Assembly (NCBI RefSeq): GCF_006345805.1
Contig: NC_043010.1
Coordinates: 21,576,001 to 21,640,000 of the forward strand
DNA from: Octopus sinensis
Lineage: Eukaryota
Direction of reading: 5' to 3'
Length of the DNA stretch: 64,000 nt
Shown here in pieces: positions 24,736-40,873 of this stretch. The stretch's first letter is position 1. The number at the start of each line of letters is the position of its first letter. Below the pieces are notes generated by a model. It made no database searches and was not told the DNA's origin. It saw only the letters and a list, made by a program, of their open reading frames with translations. A program made the translations under genes and the position numbers.

Positions 24736-26426
24736 TATATGTAGATATAGTTTTCCTCGTATGTAGACTTCCACGTACAACTGCTATCAGCGACTTTAAA
24801 TCTCCACGAAGATTATCAACATCCTGTCCACTCCCAGCTAAATGGCGTACTAAATGGGTACTATTGTGCTGTCTAGCAGCATTACTAGTTTTAATATGCA
24901 TAGCAGATGTAAGAGAAGTTAAGATAAATATAAAATGCATTTTGTAGCATTTTTACCCTATATACGTTTTTTCATTGTGTTTATTTGCATCCTCTGCAGT
25001 AGATATTTCAAGTGCAGCTGGATGAAGGAACACAATAATTCATTGAGGACACACTGCATTGCATTCTGCTACCCATGCGAAAAACACGTGATCTGTGTAA
25101 CCTAATGAAATAAAGCGTTCGCCTGATGAAATACTGTGGGTAGGAACCCAGTTGCATTTGAGCAACAGCGGCTCATTACACAGCAGAACTCTTGGTCTTC
25201 CACTGTTTCTTCATTCGGTATTCTGAGCCTGAACGAATCGGGGTTTTATTAGAAGCCTACGAAATTTTAAGTCCTGAAATGAAAATATATATAACTCCTA
25301 GATGTGTTCAGTGCCGTTGTCTTTCGTTTGTCCACACACACACGCGCGCGCACCAACACACATTTACATATCAGAACACACTTCAAATGCGTACATATTT
25401 AGAGTTAACAAGAATCGATATTAAATGAATGTTAATATTTGGTAAGGGTTTTCTATTTAGCCTCCATTATATTTAGAATGACATCTAAGAAATTGGCTGT
25501 GACTAGACGAGAGCTAATTATTTTCTGGCCGACATAGTCAAAAGTGTTTAATTTCATAGGCAAAATATAATCCCTTCAATGGAACGTGAGGCATTATCAT
25601 TGAAGTGACTTGTGTTGTGGGCTGCTTCTAACATGTTTAACATCAAAAGGCACTCGCCCAAGCAGCCAGGTCCACGAAGAATCCCTTTCAATCAAAAGCG
25701 ACATAGGGCTTTTCTTTCCATCTTAACATCAAATTACTCTATTTTTACCGCCATTATAAAACCTAATTGTTTAATAATTTTACAGAATGAGCTTTCTGTA
25801 AAGACGTTATGTGCCACATCTATGTGTCCCTCGTGGACCTTCCATCTTCTGTTTGGCTCTCCTCTGCCAGATGGTGGAACATAGCGCTCTTCTTCAATTT
25901 TAGGGATTTCAATAGACTTTTTATTCGGGCCACTGTAAATTTTTGCATAATCAGTTACTTTATCAAGTCACAATTGTTGAACATAATTAGCCGGAGACTG
26001 TTTTCTAAGATATGTTCTCATAAAAACTCAGCCTGCTTGCTCAGATCGTGTATAACTAAGACACTTTCTTGTTTTTGAATATGGAGGGCAGTCAGACCGA
26101 AGTGCTTTTCCCGAAGATTGATGGATGGATGTGTTTCGGAGTAGTTATCTCCTCTGCAGCATACAACACTTGTAAAAGAGGCTCTACGAAGTGATAGCAA
26201 AAACCCAAGTCTCTTATTAAATCCCAGTCTAAGTACTGTCACTCGATGCTCAGATCAGCGGCCTGGCCGAATTGAAATACGGATTAGAAGCGCTTCTCAT
26301 CCTTATCTTATTCGAATTGTGTTTGTATCTATGTCTCTACAGCAAGAATGTTTCTCCATGACAAAATACGCCGATTGAATTCGAATGTTTCAAGCGTATT
26401 TGAACGGGTAACAATTTTATTATATA

Positions 26427-26640
26427 CAGGGTGGCCCAAAATTAGGTTTACAGTTATCACGTAGGCACATTAAATTTCTTTTCAAACATTTTATTACATT
26501 TCAATTTCTATCTTACAGCTAATTAAACTAGCATAGAATAATGGTTTCATATTGTTTTTTACAATTAAGATATAAGCTGTTAATATATGAATGCGAAAGA
26601 GATAGTTGAATAACTGTAAACCTACTTTTGGGTCATCCTT
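26427..26640. mobile_element. Tc1/mariner MITE
   Basis: TA|CAGGGTGGCCCAAAATTAGGTTTACAGTT ... AACTGTAAACCTACTTTTGGGTCATCCTT|TA: about 29-bp TIRs and TA target duplication. Confidence 0.88.
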
Positions 26641-27321
26641 TATATATGTATGTATATGCATGTGTGAGTGTTTGTTATAAGCCAGAAAAGGTTCAGCTAC
26701 TTAACAGGAGAATTGCATACGATATTAATATATTACACCATCTTTTCATTCAATGGTTAGAGTTCCGCGTCTCACGTAATTGCTTCATGATGCATCAGGT
26801 TACGCATTTTCATTATTTCAATGAGAAGAATAAATACGATCAAATCGTAAATATAATAATAAGGTAAAGTATTTTACAAATTTTCCGTTTCATTTGTCGT
26901 TTTCCAGTTTTGAATATACGTCGGAAATATCGGGAGAATAAATATTTATTGTTAACTTTCACACACACATATATATATATATACACGCACACATACACAT
27001 ACACATACACACACACATGTATATATATACACACACAAACATACATATCAATCTGCTCGGTATATATGCATAAAAGGTGATTGTATATGTAAACATACAC
27101 GCAACATATACATGCACATATATATATATATATATATATATATTCGAAGGTATATGCAAGTACACACGAATAAACATCTATCTATCTATCTGTCTATCTA
27201 TCTATCTATCTATCTATCTATAAATCTGTTTGTCTGTCTGTCTATCTATCTATCTATCTATCTATATATCTATCTATCTATCTACCTACCTACCTAACAA
27301 CCTACCTACCTACCTACCTAC

Positions 27322-27378
<57 letters not shown>

Positions 27379-28233
27379 GACTATCTATCTATCGATCTAT
27401 ATGTGTACATACACATTATACGTACACAAAAATTACATATGCTCACACACACATACACGTGTATATGGAGATATCTATATGCAATTTTATACTTACACAC
27501 ACATACACACACATCGGAATGTGTGTGTGTGTGAGTGTGTGAGTGTATGTGTGTGTGTGGATGTGTGAGTATGTGTGCGTTAAATCCTAAGTTTCTTTCT
27601 GTCGTCACACACCATACAAACCTACTTACACTTGCTTAAGTCCTCATCCGCTCATATACGAATATATGTATCTTTAAAATTATATTTTAACAGCTGAACT
27701 GAACTGCGATATATATGATTAATATTAGCAGGGCGTTGAACCAAATCCCCGGCGCTAAAAATCGGAGAAACCTAATTTAAAATTACTATTCGGAATAGTA
27801 GATCTGTTGGCAGATTTCGATGTGAGATAATAAGGAAACTAAAGGAAGAAATAAAAAGTAATAAATACAGTGTAAGGAACCAGAAGACAGGGAACAATGG
27901 CATATTCTCGAAAGATGTGTAATTAATAATTCACCTGGGTTAATTGTAATACGAGCAACGTATAATTAAGTAGGATGTGGTTGAGAATTTCCAGTGAGAG
28001 GTAAAAGATAGCATATTATGTTTTTGCCGAAGTTAGGTATAAATTTCATGATGCTACATACATAATGATTGCTTACCGAAATCTATATAATTGTATTATA
28101 CTTCTGTGTGTATGTGTGTGTGTTTCGTGTGTTTGTGAGTGTGTGTGTATCTGCGTGTGTGTATGTGTGTGCACTTATACATGCTTACAGCACATTGACA
28201 CAGACACAGATGTACACGTGTATCAGTATATAT

Positions 28234-28290
<57 letters not shown>

Positions 28291-28385
28291 ATATATATAT
28301 ACATGTATATATATATATATACACACATGCCTACAAATCTAGAAATTTATATACGTTTATATATATATATATATTATATATATTA

Positions 28386-28447
<62 letters not shown>

Positions 28448-29462
28448 TATATATATATATATATAACACATACATACACACATATATGTACACACACGTA
28501 TATATATAAATATGCATACACATACACATACGCACACACATATATACACATATATATACACATATATATATATATATATATGAATATGTATCTATATCTC
28601 TTCTACTTGTTTTTCTTCTACCTTTCGTTCTCCCCCTCCTTTTTCTCTCTCTCTCTCTCTCTTCCCCCTCTTTCTCTCTCTATCTCTGTGTGTGTGTGCG
28701 TGTGTGTGTGTAATAATTCTGTCTATCTATTTAGATGGGAAAATGGTAAGGAAGAATTAGGAAAAGGCGTTGCATGAGAAACCACGACGTTTCCGAAGTG
28801 ATGGAGTGTGAATGGGTGGTCTACTGATCGTCGGAGCCATTCCACCAACCTACTCATAGCTTCATATTATTCCGATGCCATTTCGTTTGTTTTCTTGTGC
28901 TACAGCACAACATCCTCTCACACACAGTCACAGAAACATGCATAAACGATAACTCCATACGCGCGCACGTATGTACATATAATGCTTATCTAAGTTATGT
29001 ATAATATCTATGAACTTAACATGTAGCCGAGAAAATTTTCTTTGCTATGGTTGTCCACAAAGCCACGTCAACTAGTAAGTTATGAATGAAAGGAATTCAG
29101 AAAATGCAGCATGCGCTTGGTTCCCTGTGGCGATCATTTCATAGGTAGCAATATATAGATGGTATTCGGGAATATTGGCAATGAGCGGATAACTTCTTTT
29201 CGGTTATTGATTTAGTCGTTTTTAAATATTGTTTACTGTGTGTGCATATTAGGGAGACTTAAATGAAGGAAACTTTCAGAAAGAAACTGCCATTTATTTG
29301 ATTATTCAAAAGCATAAACTTAAATCTACTGTCGTCCAATACAGTAGATTTTTTTTTAATTATTTTTTTTTTTGGCATTCATTTTCCGTTTGTATTTTTC
29401 TCCTTGAATATCATGTCTGTCAAACTCGTTCATTTTCTCTCACACCACTATGTTACTTTCAA

Positions 29463-31155
<1,693 letters not shown>

Positions 31156-31266
31156 GTCTCTATCTATCTGTCTGTCTGTCTGTCTGTCTGTCTATATATT
31201 TATCCGATTTTCCGTCTGCCTATCTTTTTACCTTACAATCTATATATACATGTCTCTCTCTTTCAC

Positions 31267-31602
<336 letters not shown>

Positions 31603-32762
31603 ATGTGTGAATGTCTGTGCATGTGCATATATGTGCGTATACTTGTATGTGTTTACCAACCGCTTAGGAAAACTGTGCGAAAATATCCAGACAGCCCCAC
31701 TGTTACCGATTTCTTAATGCATTCATATTTCATTATCTAATTTTAATATAAGCAATGTGAAAGCTTCAACCAAAAGTTCCGAAATATATTTGTTATTAGA
31801 TAACACTCACAAAAACACACGCTCGCGCACACATAGATATATATATTTTTCCATGTGGAGGCCAATATATAACACTTTCGTTATCCAATTTAATTATAGT
31901 TACATGATGTTTTACGTTTTCTTTTTTGTTTATTAATTCGAGTTAAATTTCAGTAAAGTGGGAATATTTTGCGCCTTACATTCTGTACTACAAAGCTTTA
32001 TCTATGTATATTTATGTAATTGGTGTATTTGAGTTATTTCCCTTAGCTGTCGTAACACACACACATACACACACACATACACACACACACACACGTGTTA
32101 TATAAGAGCAAAATCAAAACATTGAAACATTTCAAACCAATATTTTTTCTAAATGCTAAGCATAATCTACCTTCACTATAGATTATCTCCATAATACACA
32201 TAAAATTATAGATTATCTCCATAATACACATAAAATTTCATATTTTAACGATAAACTAAACAAGTCCTTTTCAACAAAAGTTTCTACAAAATTTTCTAAA
32301 ATGAATGCACACATCTACAAACACACGCATATATATATATGAAAGGAGGATAGAGGAACAACCTGGCTCAAATTAGTTTTTGCACCTATTTATATTAACT
32401 CTTTTCCATCATATATTCATCAATCAAAAATGATTCATAAAATGCTAACGCTTGCGACCGAATGGAAGAAATGTTTATAAAACAAATCGCTCCTAAATGT
32501 CACCTCCCTAAACACCTAAGTGTTATGGTAGCATTCACCAACATAAACATGGAGACCGTCAGAAGAGTTGCAGGAGATTCCGAAGTCGTCTGCAGGCCGT
32601 GGTTGGAGCCAATGGCGATTTTATTGAATAAATTTACTCTTTTGTATTACAAGATATTTTAATACAATTTTGGTAAATATATCTATAAAAATGAGTTGTC
32701 AGTGTTATTTTCCTTTTTGTGTAATTTTGACGACAGTTTATTCAGCGCACTCTGTATATACA

Positions 32763-33625
32763 CAGGTTGTCCCAAAAGTCACTAACAATTAACTGTTTTT
32801 CATAGCTTCCTTAACTTTAGAAATAAATGCATGAAATTGTGCTACAATATTAAGGACATAATGGAAATTAGGATGTACAAGTCAACGTTTGCAACACCAC
32901 TACACTACATATCAAAAATGACGTCGCGAAAATAGCAGCCCTTTCCGGCCTCGCACGCCCCTGCTCTTTCCAAAACTTCCACCATAACACCCACAAGAGT
33001 TTCAGACCCCACTCTTCTGATTTCTCTATTGATGTTCTCCGTCAGTTGCACCAGAGTCTCTAGTTTGCTGACGTAAACCCTCTATTTCCACTATCACCAC
33101 AAGAAAAAATCCGGGCTAGTCAAGTCTGGGGAACATAAAGGCCAGTTGACATTGCCGTAACGGGAGATTATTCTTTCCCCAAAACCCTGCCGTAACAACT
33201 GCATTGTTTCTCTTGCGGCATGAGCAGTTCCGCCCAGCCCTTGTTGGAACTATGTATGAGGTCTACTCTGAATGGCATTCACGTTCCACAAACTTGACTA
33301 GCCCCGACTTTTTCTTGTGGGGATACCTGACAGAGAGGGTTTGCGCCAACAAACCGGAGACCCTGGTGCAACTGAAAGAGAACATCAATAGAAACATCAG
33401 AGAAGTAGGGTGTGAAACTGTTGAGGGTGTTACGGTGCAAGTTTCAGAAACAGTATAGGCGTGCAAAGCCGAAAATGGCTGCCGTTTAAGCGAAGTCATT
33501 TTTCATATGTGATGCTGCAGTGCTGTAAAATTTGACCTGTGCATACTAATTTCCATTATATCCTTTATAGTGTATCAAAATTTCATGCATTTATTTGTAA
33601 AGTTAAGGAAGTTATCAAAACTGAA
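32763..33625. mobile_element. Tc1/mariner DD41D (rosa-like) element made of two inverted transposase 3' ends
   Basis: Minus arm: FQQ.G.TAHAARETMQLLRQGFGERIISRYGNVNWPLCSPDLTSPDFFLW..RVYVSKLETL...DVIFDM*. Plus arm from about 33270: LTSPDFFLWGYLTERVCANKPETLVQLKENI. Left terminus TA..CAGGTTGTCCCAAAAGT. Confidence 0.85.
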
Positions 33626-33974
33626 ACATCTTTCTATCAACACCTCAAATGTAAGATCACGTCTCTGAGGACGCAGGCTGGTCTCATCCAAGAATGGAAT
33701 CAATCTACAAACATGATCCTGGACCACGACCTCCCAGAAACAGCTGTTTCACTTGTGATACTTTGCTTCAACCCCTTTAATTCTTGATATAATTTCTATT
33801 CTGTATAATTCGGTCCTTTTTGTATGTAAGCAAATATACATTTTTTGTATTTCGTGTATTTATTACAATTTATATATTGACCTGTCTAACTCGCTTATCC
33901 TATCATTTATTTTTCTACTCGCTCAAGTTTAAACCTCTTGAAACACTATTAACTGTATTCCATACGGATAATAT

Positions 33975-34536
33975 ATGATTCTCACCAGAGCCCACAATAT
34001 GGTAGAAGCCATAACCACTCATAATAAAAAGGAATGCTGGTGGAATGTCCCACTGAAGACGTCAATAAAATGTAATCTTAACAGACCTGATAAAATGATT
34101 TGAGATATAGAAGAGAAGCTGTGCATAGTTGTGGAAATTAGTTGCCCAGCGGATGTTAACATAAAGCTGAAGATGAGTGAAAATGAGAACACCTATGCTG
34201 ACCTATTGAGAAATTTGCAGTTACTCTATCCAAAGTACATGTTGAGGTTTATATCTGTAATTATTGGGGCCCTGGGATATGTAATAATGGGATATGTAAC
34301 ACACTGCCTAAATACCAATCTTGAGAAAATAGGCTTCTCAAAACCAGAAAGAAGAAAGCTAATTCGAAGACTACAAGTCCAATCGATCCCTGGAACTGTA
34401 AAATTCTATAAAACTTTCGAGAAGTTAATCATTTAAAACATATGAGCATGTCTAGATACGCAACTATATGCATGAGAATACATACATACTACATACATAC
34501 ATACATACTACATACATACATACATACATACGTACA

Positions 34537-34568
<32 letters not shown>

Positions 34569-34668
34569 AAAATACCCTTTTGTTGATGTTAAACTTCCAA
34601 CGAAGGACCCTTGGGTCTATGTTATAAATAGGTTCTTTCTCTATTGGCAAGAAATCTTGAAAATAAAC
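33975..34668 (+). mobile_element. R4/Dong-type non-LTR retrotransposon 3' end (restriction-like endonuclease + 3'UTR with CATA repeats)
   Basis: WWNVPLKTSIKCNLNRPDKMI*DIEEKLCIVVEISCPADVNIKLK...IIGALGYV in one frame (NRPD at 34080) is the PD-(D/E)xK RLE signature. Confidence 0.85.
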
Positions 34669-34669
34669 G

Positions 34670-34797
34670 TTGTCCCTTTCTGTAGAAGAGCGTAGGCTCG
34701 AAACGTAAAAGACTTTTTCTAATCCTGAGCGCTATACTAATACATCTGTTTGTTTTGTACACCACCTGTCTTCGTCTTTTGTTTTTTCGTAAACTCT

Positions 34798-34800
<3 letters not shown>
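34670..34800 (+). mobile_element. Short repeat with a hammerhead-like motif (possible Penelope-like pLTR remnant)
   Basis: cttt-CTGTAGAA-gagc gtag gctc-GAAA-cg-TA-aaag at 34676-34711; second copy at about 51940-52030. Confidence 0.4.
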
Positions 34801-34835
<35 letters not shown>

Positions 34836-34839
34836 ATAT

Positions 34840-34920
<81 letters not shown>

Positions 34921-35422
34921 TACAATAGCCTCATTAAGGGATAAAAAAATATGCAGTGAATTACTGGTTTGTTACCTATTATTTTTGTGAATAGTAATAT
35001 TACTAGAATAATAGGTTTAACTATAAATCTTGGTTTATAAATATTCAAATTAAGATTTAAAAATTGGAGATGTAGCATTAATATATTTTATAAACTGCGA
35101 CAATTCAGCATGTTCTCTTACAGCTGTTTCGATTTTGCCAAAATATTTTAATTCGAGTAATTACAACATTTTTTATTGGGCAAAATCTCGTCAGAGTAGT
35201 AGAAAAAAATATACCGTTATTTTTAGATGTTATTCTTCGAAAGCAGACAAAAGACAGTTGAGTCTGTTTTTTGCCGAATAGAAATATTTCAATTACTGAA
35301 ATTTAATTGTTTGGGCACAATCAAAACAGCTGTTAAAGACGATACTGGATTTTTGCAGCAAATAAATTATATTAATGCTACATCTTCAATTTTCTGAGTG
35401 TTAATTGATATATATATATATA

Positions 35423-35904
35423 CTAGCAGTATCGCCCGGCCTTGCTCGGGTTTGTAAGGGAAATAACTATATAAGCATTTTTAGAGAGTTACTTCCCTTA
35501 TAAATTCGGGCTTTCTTAGCCATTTTTGTTTTGGTGTCTTCAAGCCATGAAGTCGTTGTTCTAAAAGAACGCTGGTTTCCTTCACAACGCATTACGACGT
35601 TGATTTCTTTACACTCCCTTCCCCACAGCTTCACGAGGGAGGGAAGGGAGAGAAGCAAACAGGTGCAGCTGTGAGCGTGGACGCCAACTCCGCCGCCATC
35701 GACATACGATGCATTTTATGTATTAAAATGGAATAAAAAATGATGTTAAATTATTTTTAAAATCGTAGACTCATCGGGCTCGATATGAATCACGACTATA
35801 AGATACCCGAATTTGGTTAAACTGCACCGCAAAATGTGGGAGGAGTTAGGAATCTAAATCGAAGGGGACAGACACTCACACAACTAGAGTTTTATATATA
35901 TAGA
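35423..35904 (-). mobile_element. Non-autonomous Helitron
   Basis: A|CTAGCAGTATCGCCCGGCCTTGCTCGGG (3' hairpin + CTAG on the minus strand) and ..caactagagttttatatatataGA|T at the other end; termini shared with 12409-12798. Confidence 0.78.
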
Positions 35905-36394
35905 TATATATATACCAGGTGCAAGCACATAAATTTGAAATAAGGTAGAAAAATAGTACTCGGATACCGGAGGTAGAGTAAAAAGCTTTACGTCACGCAT
36001 CTTCTTCCAAGTAAGTTTTATTTACCAATTCTCATGCGCACTCTATATGATCTTCTTATTCTTTCCTTTTTCTCACTTTCTCTCCTTGTTCTTTTGCCTC
36101 CTCTTCTCTCACTGTTCTATCCTATTACTCTGTCATTCTCTCTCCTCACTCATCCTCTCTTGGTCACGTGACCATCGGCCATCTTTCTTTCTTTTCGTAA
36201 CTTTTGTTTCTTTCTTTCTCTCCGTTGTACCTGGAACAAGGAAAATGTATTTTTGTCTGTCTCCTTCCAAGCTTGATTTACCCGTTTACCACCACAACCT
36301 CGTTTAGGCTTGACAACCTTCCTGTTTGTTTTCACTGTCCTGTTTGTGTTACCAATATTGATCCTCCACAAAATCCCAAATTTTATTTGATTTA

Positions 36395-37306
36395 CTTTGC
36401 GGAAGCAACTGTTTTATCGAAAGCGTATATTGTTGTTAAATGCTCGATATACGAGAGTAGAAAACAGCCAACAATTGATGAAGGGTCGTTCTTTATGTTG
36501 TTTGTCTTGTTTTGCATTTGTGCCTTTCGTTGTTCGAAAAAAGTTCATATTCGTTGTACTCGTGCTTCGTATTTTTTTGTTGTACACGTTTCATGTCGTG
36601 ATGTGCCCACATATGTATATATATATATACATTTTAAAATGAGGGTGAAAAATTAGATATTAATTTAATAATACCATTGGTTTAACACCAAGCGACCTAG
36701 CACATAACAAACCAGGGAGACGATACATATTTATCCGTAAATATATAAGAGAGTTAACGTTAAATAGGTCAACTCTAGTGCTAGAAATAGCTCCGTATTC
36801 TGGTATAGCCGCCGACGTTACCTCCTCATAGAAATAGCACTACCCTCAACGTAAGGAAATTGAAATACAACTAAGAAATAGATTAATGTTGTACAATTGT
36901 TTCTTTATCACACATATATCTATAAATCATCAGCAACATTTGTCATTGATACAATTTATCAGACCTACACGGGTGACGAATACCCATGCGGTCTAATCGA
37001 TTGCATTCAGGGTTGTAGTTACAAGTTCCCTGCCAAAAGCATATGCTAAGACTTAGTGGAAGCGGATACCGCATGTAATATTTACTGCAGCGTATCAATT
37101 TTATAAATTCAAAAATGAGGGTGAAATATTAATGTTGCTGATGATTTCTAGATATATGTGTGAGTATAATTTGCATATTATATTGATAAAGAAACAATTG
37201 TACAACATTAATCTATTTTTTAGTTGTATTTCTATTATAGCAACAATGCTATAAACAACAGCAATAGTGTAATTTTCTTTTCTTAAGGTGCCTTACACAC
37301 ACGCAC

Positions 37307-37355
<49 letters not shown>

Positions 37356-37612
37356 TGCATATATACATATATGTACATGCTTACATATATGTATAGACAT
37401 ATGCATATATGGATTCAAGACCTCATAAAACTTAAACAACATGAAATACGAAAAACATGGAATATGAACATTTTTGGAAAACAAATGGAAAACAAGACAA
37501 GTAACATAAAGAACGACCTTTCATCATTTGTCGGCTGTTTTATCTACTCCATATTTCGAGCAATTACGACAACATGTGTCTTCGGGAAAACAGTTGCTCC
37601 CGCATCGAAAAA
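36395..37612. repeat. Nested inverted repeats (outer arms about 36395-36600 and 37420-37612; inner arms about 36860-36940 and 37130-37233)
   Basis: Manual reverse-complement alignment; the inner arms share attaatgttgtacaattgtttctttatca exactly. Confidence 0.75.
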
Positions 37613-40600
37613 CTAAATTATATATATATATATATATATTAATGTGCATGGGGATACAAGAACATATGCTTCAGCACACGAGCTCACATAAAGAATCCTG
37701 CAAACCAAACCCAAAACCGAAGTATATATATATACATATACAATCTCACCAACCCACATACACGCATGCACACACACACGCACACACATACACACACACA
37801 CACACACCACACACATACATGTAAAATGTGTACATGGATAGTTTAGACAGGTAAAACAACCTGTTTTGTCTCACGCATTCAGAAATAGAATAAACGATTG
37901 AATGTCCCTCTGTTCGGAAATATGCAACCAGCAACGCTAAGAGTCGGCGATTGTAATACGAAATTCAAAATCTAAATTCAATATCGTTAATGAAATGTTT
38001 AATTGTCGGTTTCTAAATTGATCCTTAAAATATATTCGGAAAGGCTAAATATCTTAAATATCTCTAAATTTCAACATGTCAACTGTCGAAACTGAGAGTC
38101 AATTGGTTCATGTGTTGCTCTCCACGCCGCACTTTAACGATTTGAAGAGAAATGGCGTCTCGAAAACACCGCGGTAAAATGTGATATTGCTCTCCTTGGA
38201 ATGACTATATCGAGCATATATTTCTGCAAAAGACACCGGAATATAATTATTCTGTTAATTCCATATTATCGGGAGAGTTTTCTTTTTTTATATTTAGTTG
38301 CAGATTAGATCAACGATCAAATACATTCCAGTTGCAACCGAACTTTTAGATAACGATATGAAGAACTGCATTGTACAATGTATAACTTTTCTTTACTGAT
38401 GGGTGTAGAGTGTGATTTGAGGGAGATGTTGACTACTGTTTCTTGCACATTGAGCAACTGTGTAAATACGCCATATTGCTGCTGATGGCATTATGTTATC
38501 GCGAAGAAACTTTCAACAGAAAATTTGAAAAAAGTATAACAAATAAATTATGAAGGCATAAATTGAAATTTAATTATAAATCCTATGTGATAACATCTAT
38601 GTAATGCGATGTGGAAATGTGTTGAAGATGTCTTGGAGGAATAGATGTTACTATATCAATGGAAGAGAAACTTTAGAAAAAAGTGACAAGTGACAAGTCT
38701 TGATTTAAAGATATATCTTTAATATGATTTTCGTTTTTATTTCATTTAGACAATTAGACACTTAGCTTTTCGAACATACGCGCATTAAACGCGATGTTGG
38801 GACCACATTTGCGTCTATTTTGCTGTATTCGTTACAGTTGCCGTGAATGTTCTCAATATATTATTACATTAAAGATAGGACGTAAGAGATAATATCAGAG
38901 ATAATACAGCAACATTCGAGTAAACATTTTACCATAATTTAGAAGTCGTTTTCGGAAATTCCGTTGATTTTTACACCAGAATTTCTTAATCCCAGAAATC
39001 AGTACCAGTGATACATTTTGACACAGAAGTTCTTTGGACAAAGACTGAGTATAAAATATAATCAGTATTGTTTCATGGATGAGAATATTAAAATAGTAAT
39101 TATTAAATATTACTAATGTCATTTCCAATACCAATGATAGGTATTATTAACAATTATCTTAATTGCTGTTCTTGTTGTTTAGTCCAAACCTACTACGTTA
39201 TCGCCTATATTTTCAAATATAGGTAATCCAGTTTGCTCTCTGCAGCTTCTAACTCTGAGGGGGCTCATCAGTTACTTTGAACGATCATGAAGATACTCAC
39301 GCACTCCTTTGTCTAAGAATTACAATCTCCAATCACGCCAATATTTCACAAGATTTAGAAAGCTTTTTTTTTGTCTGTGGGGATCATAGTGTTGGGAGAT
39401 TTTGGTTAGACCTCTGCTTTGATGTTATTCCACCAGTTTCAAAGGTTCTATAAAAGTAGTCATGGACGCTGCTCTTCCCCTTTGGCTAAAAGCTAAAGAA
39501 AAGTAGCTTTGATATGGTAACAAACTTCCTGTCGAGCACCTTGGTTCCTCGATCGCATTCCATTCTATCAAACTCAATATTCACATCAACCTATCTCAAA
39601 GTTGAAGCATAGATGAAATATCAGTAATGTACGTTGACCTAATATAAAACGATGCCTGATCGAAAGAACAATAAATATTAAATTATATGGTAGAAAAAAA
39701 CTTGAAATCTCAAGAAATTGTTTTATAATAACTGTACTGTAGCACTATATGTATATATGTAGCAGTAGACATTAACAGGAGAAACACATAAACACATTCA
39801 AATATAGTGTATTGGATTATATACTGATAATTGAATAAAATAGAAAGAAAAGTCATGTCTGATAGCAAAAGCTGTTAAGTAAAATGCTCGCGAGACTCAG
39901 TTAAAATGACAAAGTGTTATATGCCTGTAAATTCGTATAATTCAAGAAAACGTAAAGTGAAGCAAGATGGAGCAAAACATTATAAACTGAATAGAAAGAT
40001 GTTGATGCTTGGGACATTTATATGAAAACGAGGAACTGGGCACATTTGAAACAAGTAGATCATGAAGTTGCATGAATCAATGAGTGTAGACAGTAAATTG
40101 ATAGAAATCTAAAGAGGATTGACACTAGTTGACTATGACTATATGATCAACTCTGTCCAGAGACATGAACTTTAGTCTGACAGTTTTTATTCAATTAGCG
40201 TAATATTCTGCAATTTGAAATGACACAAAAATAACTCAGAATGGTTTCCATTAGCAAAAGCCAAAAATCAATGTTTATTTCACCATTCGAAATTCAATTA
40301 ACAATAGAATAACTAATAGATTTCTTTCTATAGAGAAGAGAGCATCCGACTGAGTGTATGTGATTGACCCAATCAAAATTACAAGTAGCAAATCTACTTG
40401 CTTCGTTCTGATCAATAACTTGCGGATATTTGATACGTCCCACTGTAAGAAAACTAGGAAATATGAGAAAGACTTATAACATTTATTCAGCCTACGCAAA
40501 TCACAGAATATAAATTCCCAATGTTCCTGCGGTCTGCCATGGTGTCTATATAGCCTCATTTGTTAGAATTACTGTCAAGTTTCTTCAATATAACATTATA

Positions 40601-40873
40601 TCAGCAACGTGTTAGAAAAGGAATAACACAGTCTCCGCATTCGTGTAAATTCATATCGCCGTTTGTTGCTCTTTTTCTCGAATTCCTATTTTGCTTTCAC
40701 TATTTCGAAATCTGGTTAAACGAAATAAGAAAATTTAATGCACAGAGAACGTATTTTCAAACATAACTTCCAAATTTAATATTAACTTATCAAAATCTGA
40801 GTAAACAAAATATCAGTTTTGTGTCACAAATGAGAATATGAAAAAAAAGAAATAATTTCTTATCATTATTTTC

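Noticed and set aside
24149-24940. 263-aa minus-strand ORF
   Set aside because: It spans microsatellites and an 84-bp MITE and has no coherent domain.
25000-25330. Faint mariner-like residues (SGRP, LGY) on the minus strand
   Set aside because: Too degraded to support a call by eye.
36161-36174. Perfect 14-bp palindrome TGGTCACGTGACCA containing a CLEAR/E-box motif
   Set aside because: Single site inside repeat-like, pyrimidine-rich sequence with no promoter context.
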